Origin: a virus
Taxonomy: Duplodnaviria; Caudoviricetes
Virus record (IMG/VR): IMGVR_UViG_3300043811_000165
Span: 1-59,868 of that record
DNA: 59,868 nt
Reading direction: 5' to 3' (one strand)
Part shown: piece by piece, positions 30,459 to 39,973 of the stretch
Layout of the letters: each line of letters opens with the position of its first letter
Position numbering within the stretch: the stretch's first letter is position 1
Program-made: the position numbers and the translations under genes
The notes under the pieces: model-generated
Told to the model about the DNA's origin: nothing
The model's database searches: none
What the model saw: the letters and a program-made list of their open reading frames with translations, nothing else

Positions 30459-30920
30459 TGCATCCATCTTGTCAAAATCGAATAGCGTTGGACTCGTTAC
30501 CTTCTGTTCCATCGCTCTGAGGTATCCCACTCCATCCGCCCAATACTCGGAAGAGGTGCGGCCGAAGGGTCAAACTGGCACTTTCCGAACCCCGCTCGTC
30601 CGCGATTACCACCTTGGATGCCAAAAACTCGCTATAGGTCGGTTTTTTGCCCACTTCCCTCGCGTGGGACGAATCGCCGGAGGCTGTCTGGACTTCCGGG
30701 ATGGGGCGCGGCTCCGACTCGTTGTAGGGCGTTTTTGGGCTGTTCATAAAACCTCCCTGCATTTCAACACGGATCGGGATTGAAAACAATGGTACTTCTA
30801 GGCCATTGGTACGGTGTTTACAAATCAGATGTTTTCCGATAGACTCCGTTCCATGGTTTGGCCTCATCGGGCATGTGGCTTCGATGGCAAGCCGGATCGT
30901 TCGACCAGGAGGGGTTTTGG

Positions 30921-31631
30921 ATGGCTTTCGACTTGCAAGTTGTGGTGAACGGCGCGGTGGAAGCGGCGATGAAGGACGGCGGACCCGTTGAGAAGTTGGT
31001 TTCCGAACAGGTGAATAAGGCGATTGCGGAAGCGTTCATGTCGCAGTTCCGAACCTATTCCGATTTCGGAAAGGCGGTCCAGAAGGCAGTTGCCGACGCT
31101 CTCACCTTCGACCCGAATAAATTCGATATCCAGCGGTATCACCTTCTGATTCGGGATGTCGTCAAGAAGCGCGTTGAAGAAAAGATGACGCAGGAGTTCG
31201 CGGTAGAACTGGACAAGTTGCTCGCGGATCTTCATGAGCCCGTTCCCGCTGAACTGAAACTGTCGGAACTGGTCGCGGCGTTCATTGAGCATTTCGAAAA
31301 GGACAGTTACGCGCGCAAACAGGCCGACCGCGTTTCGGTGAAGGTGGGGACGACAGACTACGGATTCACGCACATCTACTTGTACCCAGACGGGAGCCAG
31401 AAGAAACCATACTCCTCTCACTACGACATGGGCCTCCACCTGGACAAAGAGGGCGTCGTCTACTCCGTGGTGATTAACGGCGAATCGATTGATAAGAAGT
31501 TCTTTCTCTCCAGAAAACGAGGCTTCGAGCGGCTGCTGGTCGGCCTCTACATGCAAAAAAGCAGGATCGTGCTGGATTCCTACGATAGTGCCTACAAGGA
31601 AGAGCCGGAGGATGAATGCAGTTGCGCATGA
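30921..31631 (+). CDS. Conserved hypothetical phage protein (cassette cargo)
   Basis: ATG after the AGGAGG of a repeat; 236 aa. Confidence 0.75.
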   Translation: MAFDLQVVVNGAVEAAMKDGGPVEKLVSEQVNKAIAEAFMSQFRTYSDFGKAVQKAVADALTFDPNKFDIQRYHLLIRDVVKKRVEEKMTQEFAVELDKLLADLHEPVPAELKLSELVAAFIEHFEKDSYARKQADRVSVKVGTTDYGFTHIYLYPDGSQKKPYSSHYDMGLHLDKEGVVYSVVINGESIDKKFFLSRKRGFERLLVGLYMQKSRIVLDSYDSAYKEEPEDECSCA

Positions 31632-31851
31632 TGAGGCGCGTCACCATAAAGAGTGAGCAATTCACTAGTTCCGTTGTTCTCGTTCGACCGCCATATCCGA
31701 AGGTCGGCGACGAAGTCACTGGGCATCTATGCGGCGTCCCTGTGAATGGGATAGTGACCGCCGTTAAAAAAGAGACGGGATTTATCATAACCCCTCCTGG
31801 TCGGGCGAACAAACGTCGCGCGAAGTCAGCGAAGCCGATGGAGGCCAAACC

Positions 31852-32502
31852 ATGAAAACCGCTGCGATCTATGCCCGCGTCTCCACATCAGACCAATCCG
31901 CAGAATCCCAACTGAGCTCCCTGCGTGACTACGCATCCCGAAGAGGCTTTTTCGTCTACCGGGAATACACCGACCACGTGACCGGCGTCATTTCCAAACG
32001 AAAAGAGGGGAAGGGAACCGAGTATCAGGCGCTGATGCACGACGCGAAGCAGAAGCGGTTCGATGTAGTGCTGGTCTGGAAGTTCGACCGCTTCGCACGT
32101 TCGCTCAAAGCCCTGATCGAAGGCCTTCAGCTTTTCCAGGAGTTGGGCATCGACTTCGTTTCGGTGACGCAGGACATCGACACGACGGTTTCGATGGGCC
32201 GGTTCTTCTTTCAGATCGTCGGTGCCTTCGCGGAGTTCGAACGGGAGATGATTGTAGAGCGGGTGCGGAGCGGTTTGGATAACGCGCGAAAGAAGGGTGT
32301 GAAGTTGGGAAGGCCGCGCGCACATCCGCCATACGTGGAGCAGGTTGTCCTCGAACGGTTCAAGGCAGGAGATTCTTATCGGGAGATTGGAAAGGCGGTG
32401 GGCATGTCCAGAAACTCAGCGTATGCGATAGTACAAAGGCTCAATGGGTTGGCCTCATCGGGCTTGCCGTCTGCGGCCGGGAGCGGGAGCGTTCGACCAT
32501 GA
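31852..32502 (+). CDS. Small serine recombinase (resolvase/invertase family) with C-terminal HTH
   Basis: YARVSTSDQ, VWKFDRFARS, AFAEFEREMIVERVRSGL..ARKKGVKLGRP, HTH. Confidence 0.95.
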   Translation: MKTAAIYARVSTSDQSAESQLSSLRDYASRRGFFVYREYTDHVTGVISKRKEGKGTEYQALMHDAKQKRFDVVLVWKFDRFARSLKALIEGLQLFQELGIDFVSVTQDIDTTVSMGRFFFQIVGAFAEFEREMIVERVRSGLDNARKKGVKLGRPRAHPPYVEQVVLERFKAGDSYREIGKAVGMSRNSAYAIVQRLNGLASSGLPSAAGSGSVRP

Positions 32503-32849
32503 GGGGTTTTGGTGAGAAGCGCGTCAAAGGTCGCCATAAGATGAAGAATCGCAAACTGAGAAAAAATCCTGCGTTTCTGACGCTCGGCAAACTCCCCGAT
32601 TTAATGCCGGTCGGGTCCGTGATCCCGATTGATATCAACAAGGTTCAGGACGACGGTTTTTCTCGGATGGCCGCTGACCTGATGGTTTCGGCGTCTCTAG
32701 TGAATGCAACCCCGGGCGAGAAAATGCTGATCGCCGCTGTCATTCCGAGCTTCCTCAAAATGATTCGTCCGAAGAAGAAGTCCAACAAGATCTCTAAAAC
32801 CCCTCCTGGTCGAACGGACGGACCAGAAGCGCAGCACACAGCCGAATGA
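32499..32849 (+). CDS. Hypothetical basic cargo protein
   Basis: Between inverted repeats; start uncertain. Confidence 0.5.
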   Translation: MRGFGEKRVKGRHKMKNRKLRKNPAFLTLGKLPDLMPVGSVIPIDINKVQDDGFSRMAADLMVSASLVNATPGEKMLIAAVIPSFLKMIRPKKKSNKISKTPPGRTDGPEAQHTAE

Positions 32850-32875
32850 GGCCAAAGAAAGAAAGGAATTGATTC

Positions 32876-33337
32876 ATGTCCCTAATCACAGTCCCATCCC
32901 CCCTCCCCGTGCCCATGCCCGGTGGAGGCCCACGCAATGGATACCAGTGGCGATTTAACCAGCGCTACTACGCGAAACGCATTCCCGCCCTCCAGCCGTT
33001 TTCCTACGGCCTGGCGGCGGCATTTTTCCCCAACCGAACCGCGCTGACGCAGGAGCAACTCACGGCGCTGGCCGATAAGTTGTATGACTGGGTCGCACCT
33101 GGTGGCCCCGGCGTGTACGGGCCGGAGCACGTCGATTTCGACCAGCAGACGGATTATTGGCAATGGGACCCGTACGGTACAGCGTACGAACGGCTGGTCG
33201 TGTACGGGTATGAGCGGGTTCCCATCGGAACGGGGAACACACTGCAGCCGATTGAAGTGGTGAATCCGGCAGACTTGCAGGGGCCTCCGGTTCCTGGGAA
33301 GTATTTGCTGGTAACGTGTGACATAAATTTGCTTTGA
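32876..33337 (+). CDS. Hypothetical protein
   Basis: RBS AAGGA; ends just before a repeat. Confidence 0.7.
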   Translation: MSLITVPSPLPVPMPGGGPRNGYQWRFNQRYYAKRIPALQPFSYGLAAAFFPNRTALTQEQLTALADKLYDWVAPGGPGVYGPEHVDFDQQTDYWQWDPYGTAYERLVVYGYERVPIGTGNTLQPIEVVNPADLQGPPVPGKYLLVTCDINLL

Positions 33338-33403
33338 TGATTTGGCCTCATCGTAGTTGAGGCTGCGATGGGGCCTTTCGAGCGTTCGACCAGGAGGAGT
33401 TTT

Positions 33404-33901
33404 GTGGAACTCGATAAAGTGGGGACATTGATAAAAGGCACCGAGCATCGGGACGCAATTCACGTTGCAATCGCCCCGGTATTCGCCGGAGAGGTTATAA
33501 ACCCAGGAGAGCATGTGGGCTTTCATGTCGGCGATGCGGCCACCGTATTTCGGGAATCATCTGAGATCGAAGCTATTGGTATTGTTGATCCGTATCTGAG
33601 AAGGGCCGTCGAAATAGGCCAACGATTCTTCATCTTTTTGTATCCTGGCACAGTGACATCTCTCAGGCACCAATGGACCCACCCCGCGTTCAGGGAACCT
33701 GACGAAATTCCTGAGTCGGAACAATACCTGCGGATGTTCGCCGCTAGGAATGATTCCACTTACGAAGATATTTTAGAAGGCCTGTTCCGCGGGGATGATG
33801 AGCGAGAGATTCCGGGAGAGTTCTGGTACCACTTTCGAAAGGTGACCGGAAAGGATGTTCCTGAAAATGAACGACCCTACTTCTTTCGTTGCTACTGCTA
33901 G
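33404..33901 (+). CDS. Conserved hypothetical phage protein (cassette cargo)
   Basis: RDAIHVAIAPV..GIVDPYL..LYPGTVTSLRHQWTHPAF. Confidence 0.75.
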   Translation: MELDKVGTLIKGTEHRDAIHVAIAPVFAGEVINPGEHVGFHVGDAATVFRESSEIEAIGIVDPYLRRAVEIGQRFFIFLYPGTVTSLRHQWTHPAFREPDEIPESEQYLRMFAARNDSTYEDILEGLFRGDDEREIPGEFWYHFRKVTGKDVPENERPYFFRCYC

Positions 33902-33979
33902 GCAGATAACCCCTCTTGGTCGAACGCTCCAACCCACCCGCGCAGACCGATGCCCGATGAGGCCAAGATAAAAAACACA

Positions 33980-35077
33980 ATGCCGTTGGACCCACTCGCC
34001 CTATTGCACAAACAAGGAAAGGAACTGCTCAACGTCCTTTCCTCCGGCCGCGAATCCTCGGATCTTATCCCAGCGAAGGTCCTGGAGCAACACATCGCGA
34101 TTCTAGGAAAAACCGGCAGCGGTAAAAGTTACACGGCCAAAGGCATAGTCGAAACCCTCCTGGCGCAAAAACAGCGAGTGTGCGTAATCGATCCCACGGG
34201 CGTCTGGTGGGGACTTAGATCCGATTCAACCGGGAAGAAACTGGGATTTCCTATTATCGTGCTAGGAGGGGAGGGGGATCTGCTCCTGAACCCGGACCAC
34301 GGCGCCGCGATTGCGGAGATCATCGGAACCACCGACACATCCGCTATTCTCAACACCCGCACAATGACGATCAAACAGCGCACGGGCTTCTTTGCCGATT
34401 TCGCGGAAACGCTGCTGCGAAAGAACACCGGGCCTTTGACGCTGGTGATCGACGAAGCCCACCTGTTCATGCCGCAGACCCGGCCGGGAGACGTCGCCGG
34501 TACACGGATGCTCGACGCGGCGAACAACCTGGTCAGCCTCGGCCGCGGAATCGGGCTCCGGATCATCCTCATCTCCCAGCGGCCGGCGAAAGTGCACAAG
34601 GACAGTTTGACGCAGGCGGAAACACTGATCGTTATGCGCCTGATAGCCCCTCAGGATCGCAGAGCCGTCGAAGATTGGATCGGCGAGTGGGCGCAGCCCC
34701 ATGAGGGCCGGGAATTGCTGCGATCGCTCCAGTCGCTTCCTACGGGCGAAGGATGGCTTTGGGCTCCGGAGCTGGGAATTCTCGATTATGTCGAGTTCCC
34801 GCGCATCAAAACCTACGATTCGAGCCGGGCGCCCGATGGAACGAAGCGGTTGACGGAGCTGCCAGCGTTGCGGAATGCTGTGGACCGGCTGAATGTCCAG
34901 GTGATTGCGGAGCGGTTGAAAAACGTTCCCCCTCCTGGTCGGACGGACAAACGGAGGCGCAAAGACGAAGAGTTGAGGGAGGCCAATGAATCGGCCTCTT
35001 CGGGCTCTGATCCTTCGACCGATCTTCCTACCGTTCGACATGGGCAGGCTTCGGAAGGGCCGAAAAGTGGCTCCTAA
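33980..35077 (+). CDS. HerA/FtsK-superfamily P-loop ATPase; candidate genome-packaging ATPase
   Basis: Walker A GKTGSGKS, VIDPTG, Walker B LVIDEAH, GR.G and SQRPA motifs. Confidence 0.85.
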   Translation: MPLDPLALLHKQGKELLNVLSSGRESSDLIPAKVLEQHIAILGKTGSGKSYTAKGIVETLLAQKQRVCVIDPTGVWWGLRSDSTGKKLGFPIIVLGGEGDLLLNPDHGAAIAEIIGTTDTSAILNTRTMTIKQRTGFFADFAETLLRKNTGPLTLVIDEAHLFMPQTRPGDVAGTRMLDAANNLVSLGRGIGLRIILISQRPAKVHKDSLTQAETLIVMRLIAPQDRRAVEDWIGEWAQPHEGRELLRSLQSLPTGEGWLWAPELGILDYVEFPRIKTYDSSRAPDGTKRLTELPALRNAVDRLNVQVIAERLKNVPPPGRTDKRRRKDEELREANESASSGSDPSTDLPTVRHGQASEGPKSGS

Positions 35078-36356
35078 AGCCTGGTACAACGAAATAGATC
35101 CGAAGAAAGCGGCATGGCTTCGAGAACTGATCAAGCGCGGACTGATCGCGCCAGGAGACGTGGATGAACGATCAATTGCCGATGTTCGGCCCGCCGACCT
35201 TGCCGGATACACCCAATGTCACTTCTTTACCGGAATCGGCATCTGGAGCTACGCGCTCCGTCTCGCCGGGTGGCCCGACGAAAGGGAAGTCTGGACGGGC
35301 TCCTGCCCCTGCCAGCCCTTCAGCGCGGCCGGCAAAGGTGAAGCGTTCGACGACGAAAGGCATCTTTGGCCAGAGTTCTTTCGACTCATCGAGGCACGAC
35401 GACCTGTCGTATGCTTTGGCGAACAGGTTGCGTCGATCGACGGACTCGCTTGGCTCGACCTTGTTCAATCTGACCTGGACCGTGCGGATTACACCTGCGG
35501 GGCGGTCGATCTGTGCGCTGCGGGCGTCGGAGCCCCTCACCGAAGGCAGCGTCTTTATTGGGTGGCCGACACCGCGATCGTCGGGAGGCGGTCCAGATTT
35601 CGCAATCGAGCAGCGGCAGGAGAGCGGGGGATTGAGTCTTCAAACGCCTGTGGCACTGTCGGGTTGGCCCACGAGTCGCGCGGAGGACGCGGAATCGTCG
35701 GGAATGAGGCACAGCCGGGGAGTGGCCGACACGTTGACGGCCGTGGCTGCGTTGACGGGATGGGGAACGCCGGCGGCGCGGGATTGGAAGTCGGGGGACG
35801 CAAGTCAGGAGACGCTGGACAAGAACGCGCGGCCGTTGACCGAACTGGCGAAGCTGGCAGGATGGCCAACCGCAACTGCGACGGACGGGCAGCGGGGCGG
35901 GGAGCAGACGGAGGAGATGAGCGGTTCGTCCCTGACACAGTGGGCGAAGAATGGCGGGATGGGGAACGCCGAAAGCATCGGACGGGGAAGGCGGGCGAGA
36001 TTGAGCGGATGGGTGACTCCGAAGAAAGCCGACGGGGAGCAGGGCAGCGAATCGATGATGCGGGGCAACCTGACGCTGTTGGGCGAGGCCCGGTTAACGG
36101 CTTTTGGCGAGACTCCGATTGGGTACTTACTCGGCCCCAACGGGTGGGAGATCGTCCCGGCTTGCGGCCAGTTGAGCCCGGCTCATTCCCGCTGGCTAAT
36201 GGGTCTTCCGAGCGCGTGGGACGATTGCGGGGTTACGGCGATGGCATCGTTGCGCAGTGCGCGCAAGCGTTCATCGAAGCATACCTGTCCCTCACCGCCA
36301 CAACGGACCATGCACCGGAGCCGGAATGTAGCCCACAAGGTACGACAACAGAATGA
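35067..36356 (+). CDS. C5 cytosine DNA methyltransferase
   Basis: FFTGIG (I), SCPCQPFS (IV), FGEQV (VI), HRRQRLY (VIII), LRGYGDGIV (X). Confidence 0.9.
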   Translation: MAPKAWYNEIDPKKAAWLRELIKRGLIAPGDVDERSIADVRPADLAGYTQCHFFTGIGIWSYALRLAGWPDEREVWTGSCPCQPFSAAGKGEAFDDERHLWPEFFRLIEARRPVVCFGEQVASIDGLAWLDLVQSDLDRADYTCGAVDLCAAGVGAPHRRQRLYWVADTAIVGRRSRFRNRAAAGERGIESSNACGTVGLAHESRGGRGIVGNEAQPGSGRHVDGRGCVDGMGNAGGAGLEVGGRKSGDAGQERAAVDRTGEAGRMANRNCDGRAAGRGADGGDERFVPDTVGEEWRDGERRKHRTGKAGEIERMGDSEESRRGAGQRIDDAGQPDAVGRGPVNGFWRDSDWVLTRPQRVGDRPGLRPVEPGSFPLANGSSERVGRLRGYGDGIVAQCAQAFIEAYLSLTATTDHAPEPECSPQGTTTE

Positions 36357-36501
36357 TCAGGAAAATCACGGCGACGATCACCCGAACGATCTGACCGATG
36401 GGAACGGGCATTGGGATCATGTCGATGATCCACCAGACCACTGTGAAAATCAGGCCGATGATCAGGAGCGTGACGAGCATTCCAATAAGACCTGTGAGCA
36501 T
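36292..36501 (-). CDS. Small two-TM membrane protein (holin-like)
   Basis: 69 aa, two hydrophobic helices. Confidence 0.7.
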   Translation of the reverse strand: MLTGLIGMLVTLLIIGLIFTVVWWIIDMIPMPVPIGQIVRVIVAVIFLIILLSYLVGYIPAPVHGPLWR

Positions 36502-36545
36502 GGAAGCACCTTCAGGTAGTGAGATCCTCGAAACGGCTTTTTGTT

Positions 36546-36686
36546 TCGGCCTCCGTCGGCTTCCTGGCTTCGATCAGCAGACAGCGCCCGACCAGGAGAT
36601 GGTTTTTCTACCCGCGAAGATCAACACCTTTCTCCTGGTCGAACGGGTATAGCGGGCGCAGAAACACCAAAGCCCGATGAGGCTAA
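36546..36686. mobile_element. Empty ~140 bp repeat-pair unit 2
   Basis: Same architecture and related spacer as unit 1. Confidence 0.8.
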
Positions 36687-37813
36687 AGGCAAGGATAAAG
36701 CTTCTTACCCACCATATACACTACAATCTGAACCGGAAGCAGAGCGGGATTTGTTACTTCCGAGTAGAAATCAATTTGCAGTTGCGAATCTTTCCGGTAG
36801 AACAGCGGCGGAACCACTGCCCCGTTTTCATAAGGCGAGCCCGGCCCTCCGTTGTAGAAAATATCCATGATCGGAATGTTGGAGAGGGTGACGAAGTTGT
36901 GATCGTAGACCGATAGCGCGCAGATCGGGGAAGTGATCACTTCGGCGCCGCCGCCAGTTAAAAACTGGGGAGTGAACGTCTGGAAAGCGCTGTTCACGGG
37001 CGCGGTAAAAAGCACAAGCGCGGCGACGGCCGGGATTGCGTTCAGAGCAACTACCAAGTCCCCGGTGAGCCCATCGGATAATCCGCCACTGTTCGTTTGT
37101 AACCCCACCGTGATCGCGTTTCCAACCACCGTAGCTGTGACGGGTTGACTTGGACCAAGCGTGACGAAGGCGACCGATATCAAATTGCCGGTAGGACCCG
37201 CAACTTTCGCAGTCACAACCACTGTGCCAGCTTCGGTCGCAAACGTCGTGCTGGCGGCCGACTGCTTCATGATGATCAACTGGTGCAGTTCAAAGTCGTA
37301 ATTGTTGATCGGCGTGTAGGTTGTGACTGGCGCGGAGGGAGCGGTCTGCGTCAGCGTTGCGGTCGTTTGGTAGGTGAAGGATCTGGGCTGATTCTTGTAA
37401 TTCGGGTTGTGAACATTGCCCGGCAGACGTCGGACACCCTGGAACGCGAGCTGCGCCGTCAGATTCTGGGAGGGAAGCGAAATCCCATACAGATCGAAAC
37501 CGATTTGCCCGGTCTCCGGATACCACTCCTCGGGTGCGATCGCCAGCTCGGGGCTGTTTGGTGCCTGGACCGGGTTTGAACTCTGGTAAACGCCCTGCGA
37601 GGCGCGCATGATCTGGAATTGGCCGGTTCCGTTCGTTGCGAGAAGGCGGTTCAATCCGACTACTCGCCGGACTGCGAAGTCTCCGTAGCCTCCCTGGATG
37701 TATACTTGCTGGTTTTGATAGTTGTTTCCATTGGTGAGAGAGGATGCGTTGAAGGCGTAGGTGTACGGAAGATCGTAGTAGCCTGGCGGGGGTGTGTAGG
37801 GCCGGGTTTTCAT
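36683..37813 (-). CDS. Putative virion protein (tandem beta-barrel) with inserted domain
   Basis: Paralog of 38015..39973; ends VGKKLYP. Confidence 0.7.
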   Translation of the reverse strand: MKTRPYTPPPGYYDLPYTYAFNASSLTNGNNYQNQQVYIQGGYGDFAVRRVVGLNRLLATNGTGQFQIMRASQGVYQSSNPVQAPNSPELAIAPEEWYPETGQIGFDLYGISLPSQNLTAQLAFQGVRRLPGNVHNPNYKNQPRSFTYQTTATLTQTAPSAPVTTYTPINNYDFELHQLIIMKQSAASTTFATEAGTVVVTAKVAGPTGNLISVAFVTLGPSQPVTATVVGNAITVGLQTNSGGLSDGLTGDLVVALNAIPAVAALVLFTAPVNSAFQTFTPQFLTGGGAEVITSPICALSVYDHNFVTLSNIPIMDIFYNGGPGSPYENGAVVPPLFYRKDSQLQIDFYSEVTNPALLPVQIVVYMVGKKLYPCL

Positions 37814-38014
37814 GGTTTGGCCTCGCCCCACTTCCCGGCTCGCTCAATTCGATACTTCTCGACAGCGACCGCTTTTCCGCGCACGCCATCTCTTCCACGC
37901 CAGCAGAGAGCCAGTAGCAGGCACCCAAATAACGGGCGGTTTGTGCTCACAGACCACTCCTGGTCGAACGGAGCCAAGTCCGCGCGAAGCCCGAACTGCG
38001 ATGAGGCCAAACCA

Positions 38015-39973
38015 TTATTCGCACGGATACAACTTCCTGCCTACCAGATACGCAACCACCTGAGCCGGTCCTGCTTCGAACACGTAAACCGGATTCAACC
38101 CGCTTCCATGAATCGGTTCATTGCCGACAAACACCCAACCTCCCGTTGGCGATCCAGACACCGCAATTCCCATCGCCTGTGTTGGGAACGCCGGATCGGG
38201 TATCAGCGTCTGAGACAAAGCCCACGTGTTGCCGGTGAGCGTGTAAACGTAAACCTGGCCGTTGCCTGCGGTCGATCCTGAAAACGGTGCCTGGTAGGCC
38301 CCGATGATCAACGTCGAATCATCGCCCGCGATCGAATTCGGAGCCGCGAAAAACTCAGCTCCCAGTCCGGCGAACGGATGAAGCAGCGTTTGCTGCAACG
38401 TCCAGACCCCGCCCGCGAGTTTATAAACGAGAGCCTCTTCCGGTCCAAACCCGCCCGTTGCGATCGCGCCAATCACGGCCGTCAAGCCGGTCGATGTCAT
38501 GTATCCACCGTAGCCTGAGAAGGTGAATCCGGCCGGTGGTGAAATTTCCTGCTCTTGAACCCACGCGCCAGCGACCAATTGGAAGAAATACGCGCGAGTT
38601 CCGCCCGCGGCGTTGCCAGTAACGATCATCCAGTTCCCGCCCGAATAAATGTTCAGTCCAAATCCGGCGGTCGTGTCCGCAGCGTTGAATTTCTGTTGCA
38701 GCGTCCAGGTACCTGCGACCAGCGTATAGTAGTACACGTTTCCGGGTTGCCCGACGGCTCCACTCGTGGAACGGGTCGCACCGATCAGCAGATTGCCGCT
38801 TGGCGAGATAGCGATAAACGCGCCGAAGAAATCCGTAACCGCGCCATCGGTTCCCTGTATCGTTTGGGCAAGTGAGAAACTTCCAGCCGCGAGATTGTAG
38901 ACGTAAACTGAGCCGCGGGTTGCGGCCGTCGACGGTTCGCCAACGAACAGTTTCGTGCCATCCGGAGAAAATGCAATCGCCGTGCCGTAGGAATCGACTC
39001 CGGACGCGGCAGGCTTGTTCAGGGCCTGTAGGAACGTCCAGACGCCGTTGATGTTCTGGTAAATGTCCACCTGCCCGATTTCTGAGCCCGTATTCGTGCG
39101 ATCATAGGCGGCGGCGTAATTACCCGCAGCGGCGACCGCGACGAACTGGCCGTAATCCGTGCTGGCCGGGCCGGTCGACAGCAGCTCCTGCGTCTGAGTC
39201 AACGCGCCGGTGCCGAAGCCATGGTAGTCGATCTGGATCTGGCTGTCCTTCTTGTAAAACAGCGGTGGAACGATCGCGCCATTCTCGTAAGGTGTTCCCG
39301 GCGCGCCGTTCAGATAAATATCGACGACCGGGATGTTGGAAATTCCCACCGTGAATTGGTCATAAATTGTGATTGCGCAGACGGGCGACTTGATCACGAC
39401 GAACAGACCGGAGGAGTTTTTGGAGAACAGCAGGACCTGGTACAGTTCGAAATCGTAATTGTCGACCTTCGTGTAGCTCGAAACGAAGCCGATGCTTTGG
39501 CTGGGGAGCGTCACGTCCGCGACGTACGTATAGGATTTCGGCTGAAATTTGTATGAGGGCCGGTGGGATGCTCCCGCGCCTTTGAGCCGACGGACCCCTT
39601 GAAACGCAATTTGCGCCGCGATCGGATTCGACGGGAGCAGGACGCCGTACAGATCGAAACCGATTTGCCCGGTCTCCGGATACCACTCCTCGGGTGCGAT
39701 CGCCAGCTCGGGGCTGTTTGCCGATTGCACCGGGTTCGAGGATTGGTAGACGCCTTGCGAGGCGCGCATGACTTGGAATTGGCCGGTGGGATTGGGGTTC
39801 AGGATGCGGTTCAGTCCGACGATGCGGCGCGCGGCGAAGTCTCCGTAACCACCTTGAATGTAGATCTGCTGATTCTGATAATTGTTCCCGTTTGTCAGGT
39901 TTCCTGCGTTGAAGGCGTAGGTGTAGGGTAAGTCGTAGTAGCCTGGCGGGGGTGTGTAGGGCCGGGTTTTCAT
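38015..39973 (-). CDS. Putative virion spike protein with FG-GAP-like beta-propeller insertion
   Basis: Repeats of (F/Y)G..(V/I)A..D..L.(I/V)G...G.VYVY....W...Q.L. Confidence 0.75.
   Translation of the reverse strand: MKTRPYTPPPGYYDLPYTYAFNAGNLTNGNNYQNQQIYIQGGYGDFAARRIVGLNRILNPNPTGQFQVMRASQGVYQSSNPVQSANSPELAIAPEEWYPETGQIGFDLYGVLLPSNPIAAQIAFQGVRRLKGAGASHRPSYKFQPKSYTYVADVTLPSQSIGFVSSYTKVDNYDFELYQVLLFSKNSSGLFVVIKSPVCAITIYDQFTVGISNIPVVDIYLNGAPGTPYENGAIVPPLFYKKDSQIQIDYHGFGTGALTQTQELLSTGPASTDYGQFVAVAAAGNYAAAYDRTNTGSEIGQVDIYQNINGVWTFLQALNKPAASGVDSYGTAIAFSPDGTKLFVGEPSTAATRGSVYVYNLAAGSFSLAQTIQGTDGAVTDFFGAFIAISPSGNLLIGATRSTSGAVGQPGNVYYYTLVAGTWTLQQKFNAADTTAGFGLNIYSGGNWMIVTGNAAGGTRAYFFQLVAGAWVQEQEISPPAGFTFSGYGGYMTSTGLTAVIGAIATGGFGPEEALVYKLAGGVWTLQQTLLHPFAGLGAEFFAAPNSIAGDDSTLIIGAYQAPFSGSTAGNGQVYVYTLTGNTWALSQTLIPDPAFPTQAMGIAVSGSPTGGWVFVGNEPIHGSGLNPVYVFEAGPAQVVAYLVGRKLYPCE

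Noticed and set aside
30472-30867. Minus-strand ORF with YSEFLASK..LRPHLF, reminiscent of a helicase/methylase N-terminus
   Set aside because: Too short and lacks catalytic motifs; at most a fragment.
6677-30920. ORF-track starts reading MASS... (6677, 9714, 12340, 16127, 23623, 30858 and others)
   Set aside because: These are alternative start codons falling inside the repeat; better starts lie just after the internal AGGAG.
34262-35212. Long antisense ORFs (e.g. 34262..35212, 10054..10896, 30864..31556)
   Set aside because: Shadows of well-supported genes on the opposite strand in GC-rich DNA.
36683-39973. Diversity-generating retroelement template/variable repeats
   Set aside because: No reverse transcriptase, and the differences between the duplicates are not adenine-specific.
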